DNA of 64,000 nucleotides, taken from the NCBI GenBank assembly GCA_964591375.1, contig CAZQAU010000001.1:16129-80128 (forward strand). Direction: 5' to 3'. This document shows, one piece after another, positions 28,071 to 37,591 of this stretch. Position 1 is the stretch's first letter, and each line of letters begins with the position of its first letter. The notes beneath the pieces are model-generated. The model was not told the origin of the DNA. It saw only the letters and a program-made list of their open reading frames with translations, and did no database searches. This DNA is from an uncultured Gammaproteobacteria bacterium. Lineage in GTDB: Bacteria; Patescibacteriota; Microgenomatia; UBA1406; GWC2-37-13. A program made the position numbers and the translations under genes.

Positions 28071-29345
28071 CTATGTTCCGTGTTTATTTTCTATCATTCC
28101 CGAATATTCATTGCCGCCTTTGATACCAAATCTGTCTTCTTTCATAATGTTTTGTATTTCCCTGAGGGCAGACTTGAGAGTGACACTATTCTGCATGGCC
28201 TGGAGCCTTCCTGTAGCAACCATGGCCATTTCTGTGCATATGGTACGATCTGTAGCATCAATAAATGATTTCCCTAATCTACAGAAGGAAGAAATGGCTT
28301 TTTCGGTCATGGCTCTATTGTTATTCTGGTCCATTAGGAAAAGCCCGTTTCTTTGCAAAGAATCAATGGCCAAATAGGACAAATCTTCTATACGATACTG
28401 ATTTAATACCCGCCTCAAATATGGAGTGTGATAGCAATGCCATTCGATTAAGGATTTGTTTATATGTTGTATTGTAATTCCACATTCTCCAAATGCCTTT
28501 GATATAGCAACATTCCAAAATTTTGCAGTAACATCGAATCCTATAACTCTGTTAGTAGATCGCAATGCCTGTATTAGCAGCATAAAAAAAAGCTTGATTT
28601 GTTTTGATATTTGCCGACTTCCATCCATGTATGGATCAGGAGGGTCAATTTCATAGTAACATAAAGGACATGTTTGCTCTGTCCATTTGTCCAAATCATC
28701 TTCCACCCATCTCAAAATCAAATCGTTTTCTTCGCGAACAATCACAGGATGGGTTTCTGCAAATATTTCGCCTATACCAAATTTCTGGGCCATATACTTG
28801 ACCTTGGCAATTTTAATTTCTAAATCAAGTGGGGACAGTCCTAGCCTTTCTACCCTAGCTCGTGATTCTGTAAGATCTAATATGGTTGGCTTAGGCGGCA
28901 CTTTTTTCTGTTTAGATAGCTTCAAAAAAATCAAATCTCCATCAATAATATATTTATCGTCGATGTCTGTTTCTCCCGGACAAAAAGGGAGTCCTTTTTT
29001 ATACATGGTCAAATTATCTACAACCGTATCATCATCTATATGAGTGGTTATTTTCGACAGCAGTTTTGCATATTCAATGCATTCATCGTCATTTTGTTCA
29101 CTATCGATTACGATATCTGACGAATGATTATTTATTATGGGCTGTTCTTCATATATACGGTCATTGATGTTATTTTCTTCTTCCTGGTAATCGTTGTCAG
29201 AATTTACATACAAATCTTCAATATCACTCTCGTCTTGATTTTCCTCTTCTTCCTTGTCATTTTGTTCAATCTCTTCTTCGTAGTCTTCATCACCCTCATC
29301 ATTGTCTTCTTCACTAGATGAATGGCGGGTCCTTTTCAAATCCAT
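28071..29345 (-). CDS. hypothetical protein (424 aa) with a strongly acidic N-terminal 100 aa
   Basis: ATG at 29343-29345. N-terminus SSSEEDNDEGDEDYEEEIEQNDKEEEENQDESDIEDL. Contains CPLCYYEIDPPDPY. The C-terminus ends ...FGIKGGNEYSGMIENKHGT. Confidence 0.75.
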   Translation of the reverse strand: MDLKRTRHSSSEEDNDEGDEDYEEEIEQNDKEEEENQDESDIEDLYVNSDNDYQEEENNINDRIYEEQPIINNHSSDIVIDSEQNDDECIEYAKLLSKITTHIDDDTVVDNLTMYKKGLPFCPGETDIDDKYIIDGDLIFLKLSKQKKVPPKPTILDLTESRARVERLGLSPLDLEIKIAKVKYMAQKFGIGEIFAETHPVIVREENDLILRWVEDDLDKWTEQTCPLCYYEIDPPDPYMDGSRQISKQIKLFFMLLIQALRSTNRVIGFDVTAKFWNVAISKAFGECGITIQHINKSLIEWHCYHTPYLRRVLNQYRIEDLSYLAIDSLQRNGLFLMDQNNNRAMTEKAISSFCRLGKSFIDATDRTICTEMAMVATGRLQAMQNSVTLKSALREIQNIMKEDRFGIKGGNEYSGMIENKHGT

Positions 29346-29434
29346 ATTATTTCATTATCCTTTCAATTTATTTTTGTATTTTATATATTAAAGTATATAG
29401 ATATTGTAAATTATTGTTATTAAAAAACAGCATC

Positions 29435-31411
29435 ATGCATAAGCAATTATATGAATTGATACCTAAAGACAAATATGAGACTAGACAACAACCGCCACTA
29501 AATCTTGCATACGAACCAATACTAGGGAAAAATGTAAATACTGTGTTTATAGAAAATTTTGAAAAGTCTCTTAGATGTGTGGATATCAAAAGTATGTCCA
29601 TTTACCAAATTGGGGGATATCTCAGGCAAATGTCAGGTGTGATGGAAACCAGAATAAAAGGCATCGAAAATGCACCAAGAAAACACGTCCATTTATGTAT
29701 CAAATGCTATCGCCCATTGCGCACCCTGATGAAATTTCATGTATTGTATCTTATCAACAATTATGAAAGCATATCAAAAACCACAGAACATCAAGCATCA
29801 AAAGGATGGTCACAAGCATCGCTTTTCTTTTTGTTGATTTTGTTCGAGTTAAAGTTGATGAATTCCATGGAATGCATTATGAGACAAGTCAAAGAGCTGA
29901 TGTATTTGACAGACAAACCACCCGACTGTCTTAAAAACAAAACAATCCCTGCAGGAATCATTAAAAAAATAATGCCTCCCAGTTTTATATATAATGTGGG
30001 GAACGAGGCATGTATGCCTGCCTGTTTTTTATATATACCTAGTGAAAATGTAGTATTATTGAAAAATTTCATGGTTACAAGAAGCGAAACGCCTTTGAAA
30101 GAGTATAGCCAAATACAGTTGTATGTGCAATGGAGACGGTTTGCTGAACGCATCTACTATACCGATGCTATGCTTGACAGTAATATTAGAAAGTTTTTGT
30201 GGAATCTTTTGGGATGGACTGCAGAAATAGGTTCTATTAGTTGCAAAGAAGAGTCGGGAAGACTTGATATGGGAAATGGATATGTGACCAAGTCCAGAAA
30301 CGAAGGGATTATGGAAGATGTTGTAAATAAAAGCGCCACGATTGTTACCGAAAAAGGAAAAATGAAATTAGACGATGCCAAATCAAAGAGTCAACAGGCA
30401 GCAAAGCAAGAAAAAAAAGTGAATGGGGGAGAAGAGGTTGTGATTTGTGGCCCTTACTTCTACGGAGAAATATGTGAAATGTTTGCATTGGGCTTGAACA
30501 ATAAGACTATATTCAAAAATAGATTAGAATTGGAAAAAAAATGGCAACCAAAGAAGGGGATAGAAACTACTATTTTAGTTACATTGCTTAAAAAACTTGC
30601 TGATTCAAATAGCACAGATGCGTTCTGTGACAAAATATTTATTAACAGTATCAAAGCATATCTTGACCTCCGTATGAATATGACAGTTGAGCCTGATTTT
30701 ATAAGAAACACGGCTGAAGCTGCAAGAGTGTTATATCGACCACCAGGTACTACAAAAGTATTTGAAAACAAAAACGACCGACTTCCACCAAGAGATACAC
30801 CATCTCACGAAGAAACCTGGTATGGCTACTTAAAAATGTCATTTATGAGTAACCAAGTACAAAAAAGCGGACTTAATTTGTTCAAGTCATCGGCATTCAC
30901 ACCAAGTGTAATGTACTATGCATATGCCAGATGTTTGCAAATAGAACTACTGATTTTTGATAGAGATTTTGATTGGATAAATCAATGTTATTTGCAACAT
31001 TGCAATTGTTTAAATGAAACCATTACCCATGTAAATAATTACAAATACCCAGTAGTACTACAACTTGATAAAAGTTTGTTTATTTACAATGGAGAACATG
31101 CGATTACAATGCATTCAATTTTTGAAGCGATAGCTATGTGGTTGCTATATGTATCAATCAAGTCGAATTACAAAATTAATTTTGGAAATGGATTCGTGCA
31201 TAGTTTTCATTGGCTCAGTGATTTCTTTTGCCGCCTAATTAAAGTTGTTGTATCTCATACAGATTACAACAAGTCTCCAGTGATGCAGGCATTTGTTAAA
31301 AAGTTTTCTGATAAAGGAAAGCCGATTCTTATTGAGGAAAAAGAGCGTTTCGAAAGAGAAATTTATAACAATTCAAAAAAAGAAACAATAAAATATGGAT
31401 TTTCTATTTAA
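29435..31411 (+). CDS. hypothetical protein (658 aa)
   Basis: The track ATG at 29318 overlaps the divergent gene 28071..29345. The next in-frame ATG at 29435 (MHKQLYELIP) leaves an 89-nt divergent spacer. No motif recognised. Confidence 0.75.
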   Translation: MHKQLYELIPKDKYETRQQPPLNLAYEPILGKNVNTVFIENFEKSLRCVDIKSMSIYQIGGYLRQMSGVMETRIKGIENAPRKHVHLCIKCYRPLRTLMKFHVLYLINNYESISKTTEHQASKGWSQASLFFLLILFELKLMNSMECIMRQVKELMYLTDKPPDCLKNKTIPAGIIKKIMPPSFIYNVGNEACMPACFLYIPSENVVLLKNFMVTRSETPLKEYSQIQLYVQWRRFAERIYYTDAMLDSNIRKFLWNLLGWTAEIGSISCKEESGRLDMGNGYVTKSRNEGIMEDVVNKSATIVTEKGKMKLDDAKSKSQQAAKQEKKVNGGEEVVICGPYFYGEICEMFALGLNNKTIFKNRLELEKKWQPKKGIETTILVTLLKKLADSNSTDAFCDKIFINSIKAYLDLRMNMTVEPDFIRNTAEAARVLYRPPGTTKVFENKNDRLPPRDTPSHEETWYGYLKMSFMSNQVQKSGLNLFKSSAFTPSVMYYAYARCLQIELLIFDRDFDWINQCYLQHCNCLNETITHVNNYKYPVVLQLDKSLFIYNGEHAITMHSIFEAIAMWLLYVSIKSNYKINFGNGFVHSFHWLSDFFCRLIKVVVSHTDYNKSPVMQAFVKKFSDKGKPILIEEKERFEREIYNNSKKETIKYGFSI

Positions 31412-31418
31412 TCACAAC

Positions 31419-32690
31419 TTATCCACGTGAGTTTTTGATTCTTTGTCTCGTTCTAAATCCATATGGTAATATGATAGTCGTATTCAGTTCTGACAAATTG
31501 CTGGTACTGCTTGCTGAAATTTTTTTTGCATTATCAGAATCATCTTTCCTTTTCTTTGTTTTCGTCGTTTCAAATGTGTTGTTAACTAAATCTCGTTTTC
31601 GTTTGTTTGGAACGGCCTCTTCCTTTTCGTTTGGGTGTATATTATGTATCGAACTTGATTCTTCTGGTTCCTTTTTTACTTTGCCATTCTGAAACGAAGA
31701 AAAATACGGGTAACTCATTGGCAGCGTATACGAAAAAGGATTTGACATCGGCAAAAAATCTTTGTTGATTGGAAAATGAGTCAAATTAGGCCCAAACACT
31801 CCAAATGTTCTATGTGATTCCGGAAATTCTGGTACCAATGTTGTAGATTTGTTTTCTTTAGAAGAAGAAGATTCTCCAGTACCAGGTTCCTTTTTTATTT
31901 TGACCGAGGTCTTTTCTTTTTTCACTTTAGCAGATTTGGATTCTTTTTTAACCTGAGGTTGGATGTAATCTGGAGAATTGACCAAAGTAGAAACAACGGT
32001 CTTGATTTGATTCACATAATTCTCATTAAAATTATTAATTGGAGGTATCATCACATCTGGCTCTATTTTAATAGGCTCAAGTCGCTCCAGCTTTTCATGG
32101 CTGCCAGCTTTTTCTCTCAAACCCTTTCTTTTCTCTCGTCTAATAATCATTTGTTGTTTGGTTTGTTTAATTATTTCCTGTGGAATAAAATTCCATACAT
32201 AATTGACATCAAATGAAATCGATGTAGTAGATCTACGAGCTCTTTTGTCTGGCACAATTCGAGTATCGGGTTTGGTTATATCCGGCCCGTATATATTTTG
32301 TATAGCAGGTATGATGTTTTTAAGTTTCTCAGGCAATTTATTTGCATCAATGGTATGGTTAGGAATGCTATGCAAAGCACCTGCAAAATAATCCGGGGTA
32401 TCCGTAAACATAGAAGGATACACTTTCACTTCATTTGGATCATGCATTCCAGCAATGGCTGCAAACATCATTTCAATGGGGTTTCCATATGTAATCACAT
32501 ACAATGGCTGATGAACAAAATCTCCCTTTGGATTGGTAAAAATCGCAGTAAAACTGCCTCCTGTTTTCGCATGGAATATTTTTGCTAGTTTCGCAATTTG
32601 ATCTGCTATTTCAGTATGCGCCCTTGCTGTCTGGTATGTAGGAAGCTCTTTCAATGAATCAGCTCCTGGATAAAATGGGACTGCCGGCAT
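31419..32690 (-). CDS. hypothetical nuclear-type protein (423 aa): N-terminal domain paralogous to 32837..33649, plus a Lys/Ser/Glu-rich tail with repeated (V/I)KKE motifs and basic NLS-like patches
   Basis: ATG at 32688-32690. Motifs IKIE, VKKE, VKKE, IKKE and VKKE between aa 207 and 341. NKRKRD and KTKKRKDD near the C-terminus. Confidence 0.75.
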   Translation of the reverse strand: MPAVPFYPGADSLKELPTYQTARAHTEIADQIAKLAKIFHAKTGGSFTAIFTNPKGDFVHQPLYVITYGNPIEMMFAAIAGMHDPNEVKVYPSMFTDTPDYFAGALHSIPNHTIDANKLPEKLKNIIPAIQNIYGPDITKPDTRIVPDKRARRSTTSISFDVNYVWNFIPQEIIKQTKQQMIIRREKRKGLREKAGSHEKLERLEPIKIEPDVMIPPINNFNENYVNQIKTVVSTLVNSPDYIQPQVKKESKSAKVKKEKTSVKIKKEPGTGESSSSKENKSTTLVPEFPESHRTFGVFGPNLTHFPINKDFLPMSNPFSYTLPMSYPYFSSFQNGKVKKEPEESSSIHNIHPNEKEEAVPNKRKRDLVNNTFETTKTKKRKDDSDNAKKISASSTSNLSELNTTIILPYGFRTRQRIKNSRG

Positions 32691-32836
32691 TTTGTTTTTT
32701 TATTCACTGCTTTTGCAATTGGATTAAAAAATAGGTTTAAATTTTCTGGGCGTTTTATTCTAATCTCCCACTTAGCGCCTCCTATCGTGCATTTTCGATT
32801 TCCAAAAAAGTTTTATTTTTTCAACAATGTACAAAA

Positions 32837-33649
32837 TCATGACAAATCAAACCAATCTGTATTTTTTATCGTATTTATAGAAGCAAGCTTTTTTCTTGGT
32901 CCATTTTCTTCGTCATTCAGCCATTCAGCCAAAGAATCTTCAGTCCGGGGATGCTTTTGTGCTTGGTCATTGGCAATTAGTGCATATATTTCATCAGTTA
33001 AAACAGGGGATTTTGGTGCAATATTAAAGGTTGTTTTTGGTGAATCCATTTTATAAGGATTGTTGTCAAACTTCCTTTTGCCAAGTTTCAATACTTTTGT
33101 TTCGTTTCTGTCTATTCCCCATTGATATGATGCAAATCGGCTCGTCCATTTATCTCTATTCCTTTCCGGCAATTTGAACGTCCTCAAATATACGGTTGAA
33201 CATACATCAAACTTCTTTTCATAAGATTGCTTTAAAAATACAAAATTATCATTCTCTTTCATTTGGATCTCTTCGGAAATAAATCTTGGAACTGGCTGCC
33301 AAAACGGTCCCATATCTTTGTGGATATATTTTCGTTCGGTGTCTTGATGAAGAATGGCTTCGCCGCTCAGAATCTGTTCTTTGGCCGCATTCAATATTTG
33401 AAGGGGATCTCCAAAGTGCATGACGTTTATCGACTGCTTGCTTTCCTCTGGTATTATTTGCAAAGCTGGCAATGTGAATGCAAATGTGAAATTCACTCCA
33501 ATATTCGCCAATGCATATAGTGCTTTTTGCGCCTGATACATTGTCTGCTCAAAATAACGCATGGCTTCAATTTCGCTATATTCTGGATTAAATATTACAT
33601 CGTCATTGGATGTAGCATTTGGTGCAGGTGCAAAAATACTCTTCACCAT
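32837..33649 (-). CDS. hypothetical protein (270 aa), tandem paralogue of the N-terminal domain of 31419..32690
   Basis: ATG at 33647-33649. The weak colinear similarity is GVNFTFAFTLP...NVMHFGDPLQILNAAKEQI against GGSFTAIFTNP...YVITYGNPIEMMFAAIAGM. Confidence 0.7.
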   Translation of the reverse strand: MVKSIFAPAPNATSNDDVIFNPEYSEIEAMRYFEQTMYQAQKALYALANIGVNFTFAFTLPALQIIPEESKQSINVMHFGDPLQILNAAKEQILSGEAILHQDTERKYIHKDMGPFWQPVPRFISEEIQMKENDNFVFLKQSYEKKFDVCSTVYLRTFKLPERNRDKWTSRFASYQWGIDRNETKVLKLGKRKFDNNPYKMDSPKTTFNIAPKSPVLTDEIYALIANDQAQKHPRTEDSLAEWLNDEENGPRKKLASINTIKNTDWFDLS

Positions 33650-33801
33650 TTTTTCTTTGTTTTTTTGGTTTTGTGCTCCTTTATATAAAATTGAATTTGA
33701 CGATTTTGTAGCCTGTTTAGCAATGCTGGGAAAATTTAAAAAAAATATTTAAAATTTAAATTTTTTACAAAAACTTCAGTTTTTTGAAATTGTTTTTAAA
33801 A

Positions 33802-34215
33802 ATGTCAGTTGTTATAATAGTGATTATTGGCAGCGATACTTGTGGTGAAAAAATAATTGGAACTAAGTTTTTGTATATAAAACATGGCGAAATCATTGGG
33901 CGTATTTCAGAATTATTTTCAAATCAAGAAAACAATGAAAGAAATTTTAAACAGGACATTTATAGTAAATTATCTAGCGGACATTATTCTGATACAGATG
34001 CTATATCATGTTGCACGTCAAATACTCATATTGAACATTCACATAATGATTATTATGATGATTTTAAAGTACCATATGCCGAAACAAAACCTGAAAAATG
34101 GATCCAACCCGAAGTACCAAAACGTCATATATCGAAAGGAAAAAAGCTTAGGTCAAACCATAATGGATATGGAAATATGCGAAAGGATACTTATGCAAAT
34201 CGCAGAAGGAGATAA
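33802..34215 (+). CDS. hypothetical protein (137 aa)
   Basis: The first ATG of track ORF 33784..34215. It competes with the overlapping ORF 33884..34234 in another frame, and its composition looks more protein-like. Confidence 0.4.
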   Translation: MSVVIIVIIGSDTCGEKIIGTKFLYIKHGEIIGRISELFSNQENNERNFKQDIYSKLSSGHYSDTDAISCCTSNTHIEHSHNDYYDDFKVPYAETKPEKWIQPEVPKRHISKGKKLRSNHNGYGNMRKDTYANRRRR

Positions 34216-34350
34216 AATCCAATGGATAGTATAAATTTGTAAAAATTTCAAAGTTGAAAAATTAAAAATATAAAATATAAAGTAACAAAAAAGAAGCAAA
34301 AAGGGATTTGCTTACAAAATTAAAAGTTTTTAAAGTACAAGGTTATAAAA

Positions 34351-34764
34351 ATGGGCAAGAACAAGGAAGAGAAAAAGGAAAAGAAAGAAAAGAAAACATC
34401 AACACCTAAAGAGAAAAAGCCTAAGGCCAAGGGGTTTGTGGAACTGATGAAAAGTGTTAAGATCGTGCCTAAGAAATGGAGTAAAGTGGCAAAGATAATC
34501 AAAGTTAGAAATGCAAATTTATGGATGGAGAAAGTCGAAGGAGACTTGTTGCAATGGAGTGGGTTCATTGAAAGAAAATTCAAAGACGAGAGTTCTTTGG
34601 GATCCTGTGTAACAGATGGATCTGTTACAAACAAAGAAGTTGCTGCCAGATTGAAAATGGAACTTTTTAAACAAACCACTTGTCTCAAAAATGCATTTGA
34701 AAAGAGCAGAAAGGAAATCAACAAGATTATTGAGGCGATTGACGCAGTTGAAAATAAAAATTAA
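34351..34764 (+). CDS. Lys-rich basic protein (137 aa)
   Basis: ATG start. N-terminus MGKNKEEKKEKKEKKTSTPKEKKPKAKG. The antisense ORF 34320..34724 is a Phe/Leu/Ser-rich mirror image. Confidence 0.55.
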   Translation: MGKNKEEKKEKKEKKTSTPKEKKPKAKGFVELMKSVKIVPKKWSKVAKIIKVRNANLWMEKVEGDLLQWSGFIERKFKDESSLGSCVTDGSVTNKEVAARLKMELFKQTTCLKNAFEKSRKEINKIIEAIDAVENKN

Positions 34765-34849
34765 AGTGTTTGAAAATGTTATTGAATGAAAAATAAAAGA
34801 TAGGATATTATTTACAATACAGTTTACTTTTTCACATTATGAAATGACA

Positions 34850-35392
34850 CTACAATTGCGTAGCAAAATCGACATTTACTACAATATTATATAAAATGGA
34901 AGCCGGTGGCCCATAGGCAATAAACTTTGTGATACTTGTGTATTGGGGGTTGTTGACTGCATTGAGCATATTAAAGTGTATGCTTTTGATAAATAAAGTG
35001 TAGCGTTCGTTTTCTAATACAAATTTCATTTCTTTTTCTGTTGGATCCCTTCCGTGGAACTTTAGTAGCTTTTTTACAATAAGATCTATAAACTCCTTGG
35101 AAAATAAATCAGTGTACAAACTCCTGTGGTTTGCGATATGTAATGTGGTTGCCTCTACCCTGTCTCGTATACTACATGTGATTTGTTTCGCATAGTTTGC
35201 GTTTTCGATTTCGTTCAAAAAGTCTTTGTCTTTTTCCCTTTCGTCTTTTATTTGCCAATTGGTCATTAGCATAAGTTTTTGGATGAGAAGTGAAACAAAT
35301 GCCTCTTTGAATGCGTTTAGTTGTACTTTGCTGCGATTGTGATTGGGTATATTTATCCCGCCTTCCCTTGGCATGTATACATTTTTCATCAT
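34850..35392 (-). CDS. hypothetical protein (180 aa)
   Basis: ATG ATG at 35387-35392. A TATA-like element TTTTTATAAAAGTTGATC (35408..35425) lies just upstream. Confidence 0.65.
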   Translation of the reverse strand: MMKNVYMPREGGINIPNHNRSKVQLNAFKEAFVSLLIQKLMLMTNWQIKDEREKDKDFLNEIENANYAKQITCSIRDRVEATTLHIANHRSLYTDLFSKEFIDLIVKKLLKFHGRDPTEKEMKFVLENERYTLFIKSIHFNMLNAVNNPQYTSITKFIAYGPPASILYNIVVNVDFATQL

Positions 35393-35563
35393 TTTTGTAT
35401 GAGATTGTTTTTATAAAAGTTGATCGTATATTTTTCTCAGGTTTTTATTCTGCATTGAAAATGGCTTTTTTTTATTTTACGAACAAACAATGTGCATGCA
35501 ACGTATTGTACATATATGATAATTTTTTACAAAATATTTTTTCCGAGATTAATCCCATCAATT

Positions 35564-35842
35564 TTAATACTTTTGTGTCGCCATCAGATTTGATAAATTG
35601 GAAGTAATAGTATCCATTCTTGACATCAACACTTTGATAGTAGCAAGGTTTTCTGCATGTTTTGTATGAAAATATTCCATTTCCGTTTCAAGTTTCTTGA
35701 TTCTTTTTCGATCGTATATAACCAGTTGAAAGCGCTTTGCATCTATTCCTGCTAGTATGGCCAGGAATATAAATACAATTACAATAATTACAAACATAAC
35801 TGCAATAAAGTAACCGATGTTGTCTGGTATACTAATTATCAT
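35564..35842 (-). CDS. small N-terminally anchored membrane protein (92 aa)
   Basis: ATG at 35840-35842. TM run IGYFIAVMFVIIVIVFIFLAILAGI followed by a charged helical tail. Confidence 0.5.
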   Translation of the reverse strand: MIISIPDNIGYFIAVMFVIIVIVFIFLAILAGIDAKRFQLVIYDRKRIKKLETEMEYFHTKHAENLATIKVLMSRMDTITSNLSNLMATQKY

Positions 35843-35895
35843 ATTTTATAAATTTTTTAAAACAACAAACTACATTAATTCCAAAACACAATTCT

Positions 35896-36456
35896 TTACT
35901 CAGTTCCAACTTTTCTTTTTTTGTATTGAAAAAGGCTGTCAACTGATTCTATTTGTCCAGAAGCATTTCGTTTGCAATGTCCAGGTCCAGTATTGGGAAC
36001 AAACACGTTTCCAGTATACCATTCTGGAATGTTTTCGGCAACAACAGTTGAAACAATAATGTCTGCATGTTCTTCCGGGGTTTCTTTGGAAAAAGGAAAT
36101 CCGATCAGCTTTTCATATGCAGGAGGTTCAAACACCTTGAACATAAACGGAGCATCTCCAACTCTTTGAAGAGGAAACTCTTTTGCACGAATAGATGTTT
36201 CATGTGGAGGGTAGATGAATTTGAAGGGTTTTTTGCCATCTGGTGAGTCATCGTCTTTGAAAACCACATTTTCCGTTTCGATAACTACTGCATGAGGAGT
36301 AAAGTTTTTGAGTTTAAAGTGTTCTGGCATATATTTGCACAAATCTGCTTCTGCTTGTTCTTCTGTTTGATACATTGAAACCGATACACTATTATTTGAT
36401 GATGCATTGGTTTCGATGTCCACAACTTCATTTGTTTCGTTTTCAGATTTTTCCAT
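35896..36456 (-). CDS. hypothetical protein (186 aa)
   Basis: The track start at 36489 is TTG. The first ATG is at 36454-36456 (MEKSENETNE). No motif recognised. Confidence 0.65.
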   Translation of the reverse strand: MEKSENETNEVVDIETNASSNNSVSVSMYQTEEQAEADLCKYMPEHFKLKNFTPHAVVIETENVVFKDDDSPDGKKPFKFIYPPHETSIRAKEFPLQRVGDAPFMFKVFEPPAYEKLIGFPFSKETPEEHADIIVSTVVAENIPEWYTGNVFVPNTGPGHCKRNASGQIESVDSLFQYKKRKVGTE

Positions 36457-36624
36457 GGTTGCTTTAGATTCTGGTTTGTGGAAAAACAAAAAACAAAGTC
36501 TTTTTTATAGCCGTAGCCGACGTAGCAAAAAGATTTGGCGTTTCGATAGGAGATATTTTTATGGTTGCCCAGTAGGCTACGTATTGGAAAAAAGATTTTT
36601 TTCAAAAGACTTCACAAAACAAAA

Positions 36625-37572
36625 ATGGAAAACACCCAAATTGAAGCGATTCGTTTGCCCAACGAAAAACCGACGGAGCGCCAGTTCCATGCTTTATTTT
36701 ACAAAACAGAATTGTCGGATCCATGCAAAACCTGTTTTGGAATGCATTTTTTTGACAAATTTGACGAAGACAACGGGGAATATTGTGTATTTTATTGCAG
36801 TTGTCTTATGCCTGCTAAAAATGAGACAATGACAGAAACCAAAATGCTATTGAAACTTTTGGAAACCAAAGTTAACGTACAGAAAGAAGGTGGCATGAAT
36901 ACCATTGTATGCGATGGATGTGGGAGATCAAGTCATACACAATGTGCAAAAAAAACTTATTCAAAAGAGGAAATTGAAGCAATAATGAAACCGAAATCTG
37001 ATGTTCCATTTTTTTGTACAAATATGTGCAAACAAATTTATGATGCTGCTGTTGGTATGGGGATCATTACGCTATCTGAGAAGATAGCTTCTAGTGATAT
37101 ATTATGGAGTGGAATCAAATGCACAAAATTGAATTGCGGCGACTCTACGAATCCCAATCACAAACTTTTGTGCCAGAACCCGACCGCTTTGATCAAGGAC
37201 AAGGATATAGACTACATCAAAAAGTCTCTTACAACACATATTTGCTGCCACTGCAAAGAACAATTTCATTTGCACTGTCACAATTACAAGATGTATAACG
37301 AAGAGAAAAAATTCAAACGTTCTCTTTTTTCAAGCAGCGTGCCGCAAAAGGCTGTGGTGCATTGTATGCGTTTTAGATGTTTACAGACTTCTATCTTGGA
37401 AAATGAGAATCCTTTTTCTATTTATTGTATGTTTAAAAAATACAAACGTACTAGTTTTGACAACTGGACCAAGAAATATTGGAAGTCAAAAGATGAAAAA
37501 ATGAATTTTGCACTTGCATGTAACATAGAAAAAATATTTGTAACTGTTTATGGAATTGACATAAAAAAATAA
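36625..37572 (+). CDS. Cys/His-rich zinc-finger protein with two PHD-like C-x2-C-x4-H-x2-C cores (315 aa)
   Basis: The first ATG is at 36625; the track start at 36565 is TTG. Cores CDGCGRSSHTQC and CCHCKEQFHLHC, plus further Cys pairs (CKTCFGMHFF...CVFYCSC, FFCTNMC, HCMRFRC). Confidence 0.6.
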   Translation: MENTQIEAIRLPNEKPTERQFHALFYKTELSDPCKTCFGMHFFDKFDEDNGEYCVFYCSCLMPAKNETMTETKMLLKLLETKVNVQKEGGMNTIVCDGCGRSSHTQCAKKTYSKEEIEAIMKPKSDVPFFCTNMCKQIYDAAVGMGIITLSEKIASSDILWSGIKCTKLNCGDSTNPNHKLLCQNPTALIKDKDIDYIKKSLTTHICCHCKEQFHLHCHNYKMYNEEKKFKRSLFSSSVPQKAVVHCMRFRCLQTSILENENPFSIYCMFKKYKRTSFDNWTKKYWKSKDEKMNFALACNIEKIFVTVYGIDIKK

Positions 37573-37579
37573 TTTGGTT

Positions 37580-37589
37580 TTGTATACAA
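37580..37589. terminator. perfect 10-nt palindrome TTGTATACAA in a 19-nt convergent spacer
   Basis: Lies between the stop of 36625..37572 and the stop of 37592..39436. Confidence 0.25.
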
Positions 37590-37591
37590 CA

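Noticed and set aside
32400..32690. MADS/SRF-like helix-strand-strand reading of the shared N-terminal domain of 31419..32690 and 32837..33649.
   Set aside because: This is only a secondary-structure-pattern impression, and no conserved MADS residues (e.g. the basic RQVTFSKRR stretch) are present.
33884..34234. 116-aa ORF overlapping 33802..34215 in another frame.
   Set aside because: Its translation is dominated by Ile/Leu/Met/Asn runs (ILILNIHIMIIMMILKYH). The competing frame is more protein-like. Both have low confidence.
34320..34724. 134-aa minus-strand ORF with several hydrophobic runs.
   Set aside because: It is the antisense mirror of the Lys/Glu-rich ORF 34351..34764, where AAG/GAA repeats read backwards as Phe/Leu/Ser. 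The sense ORF has an ATG in a good context.
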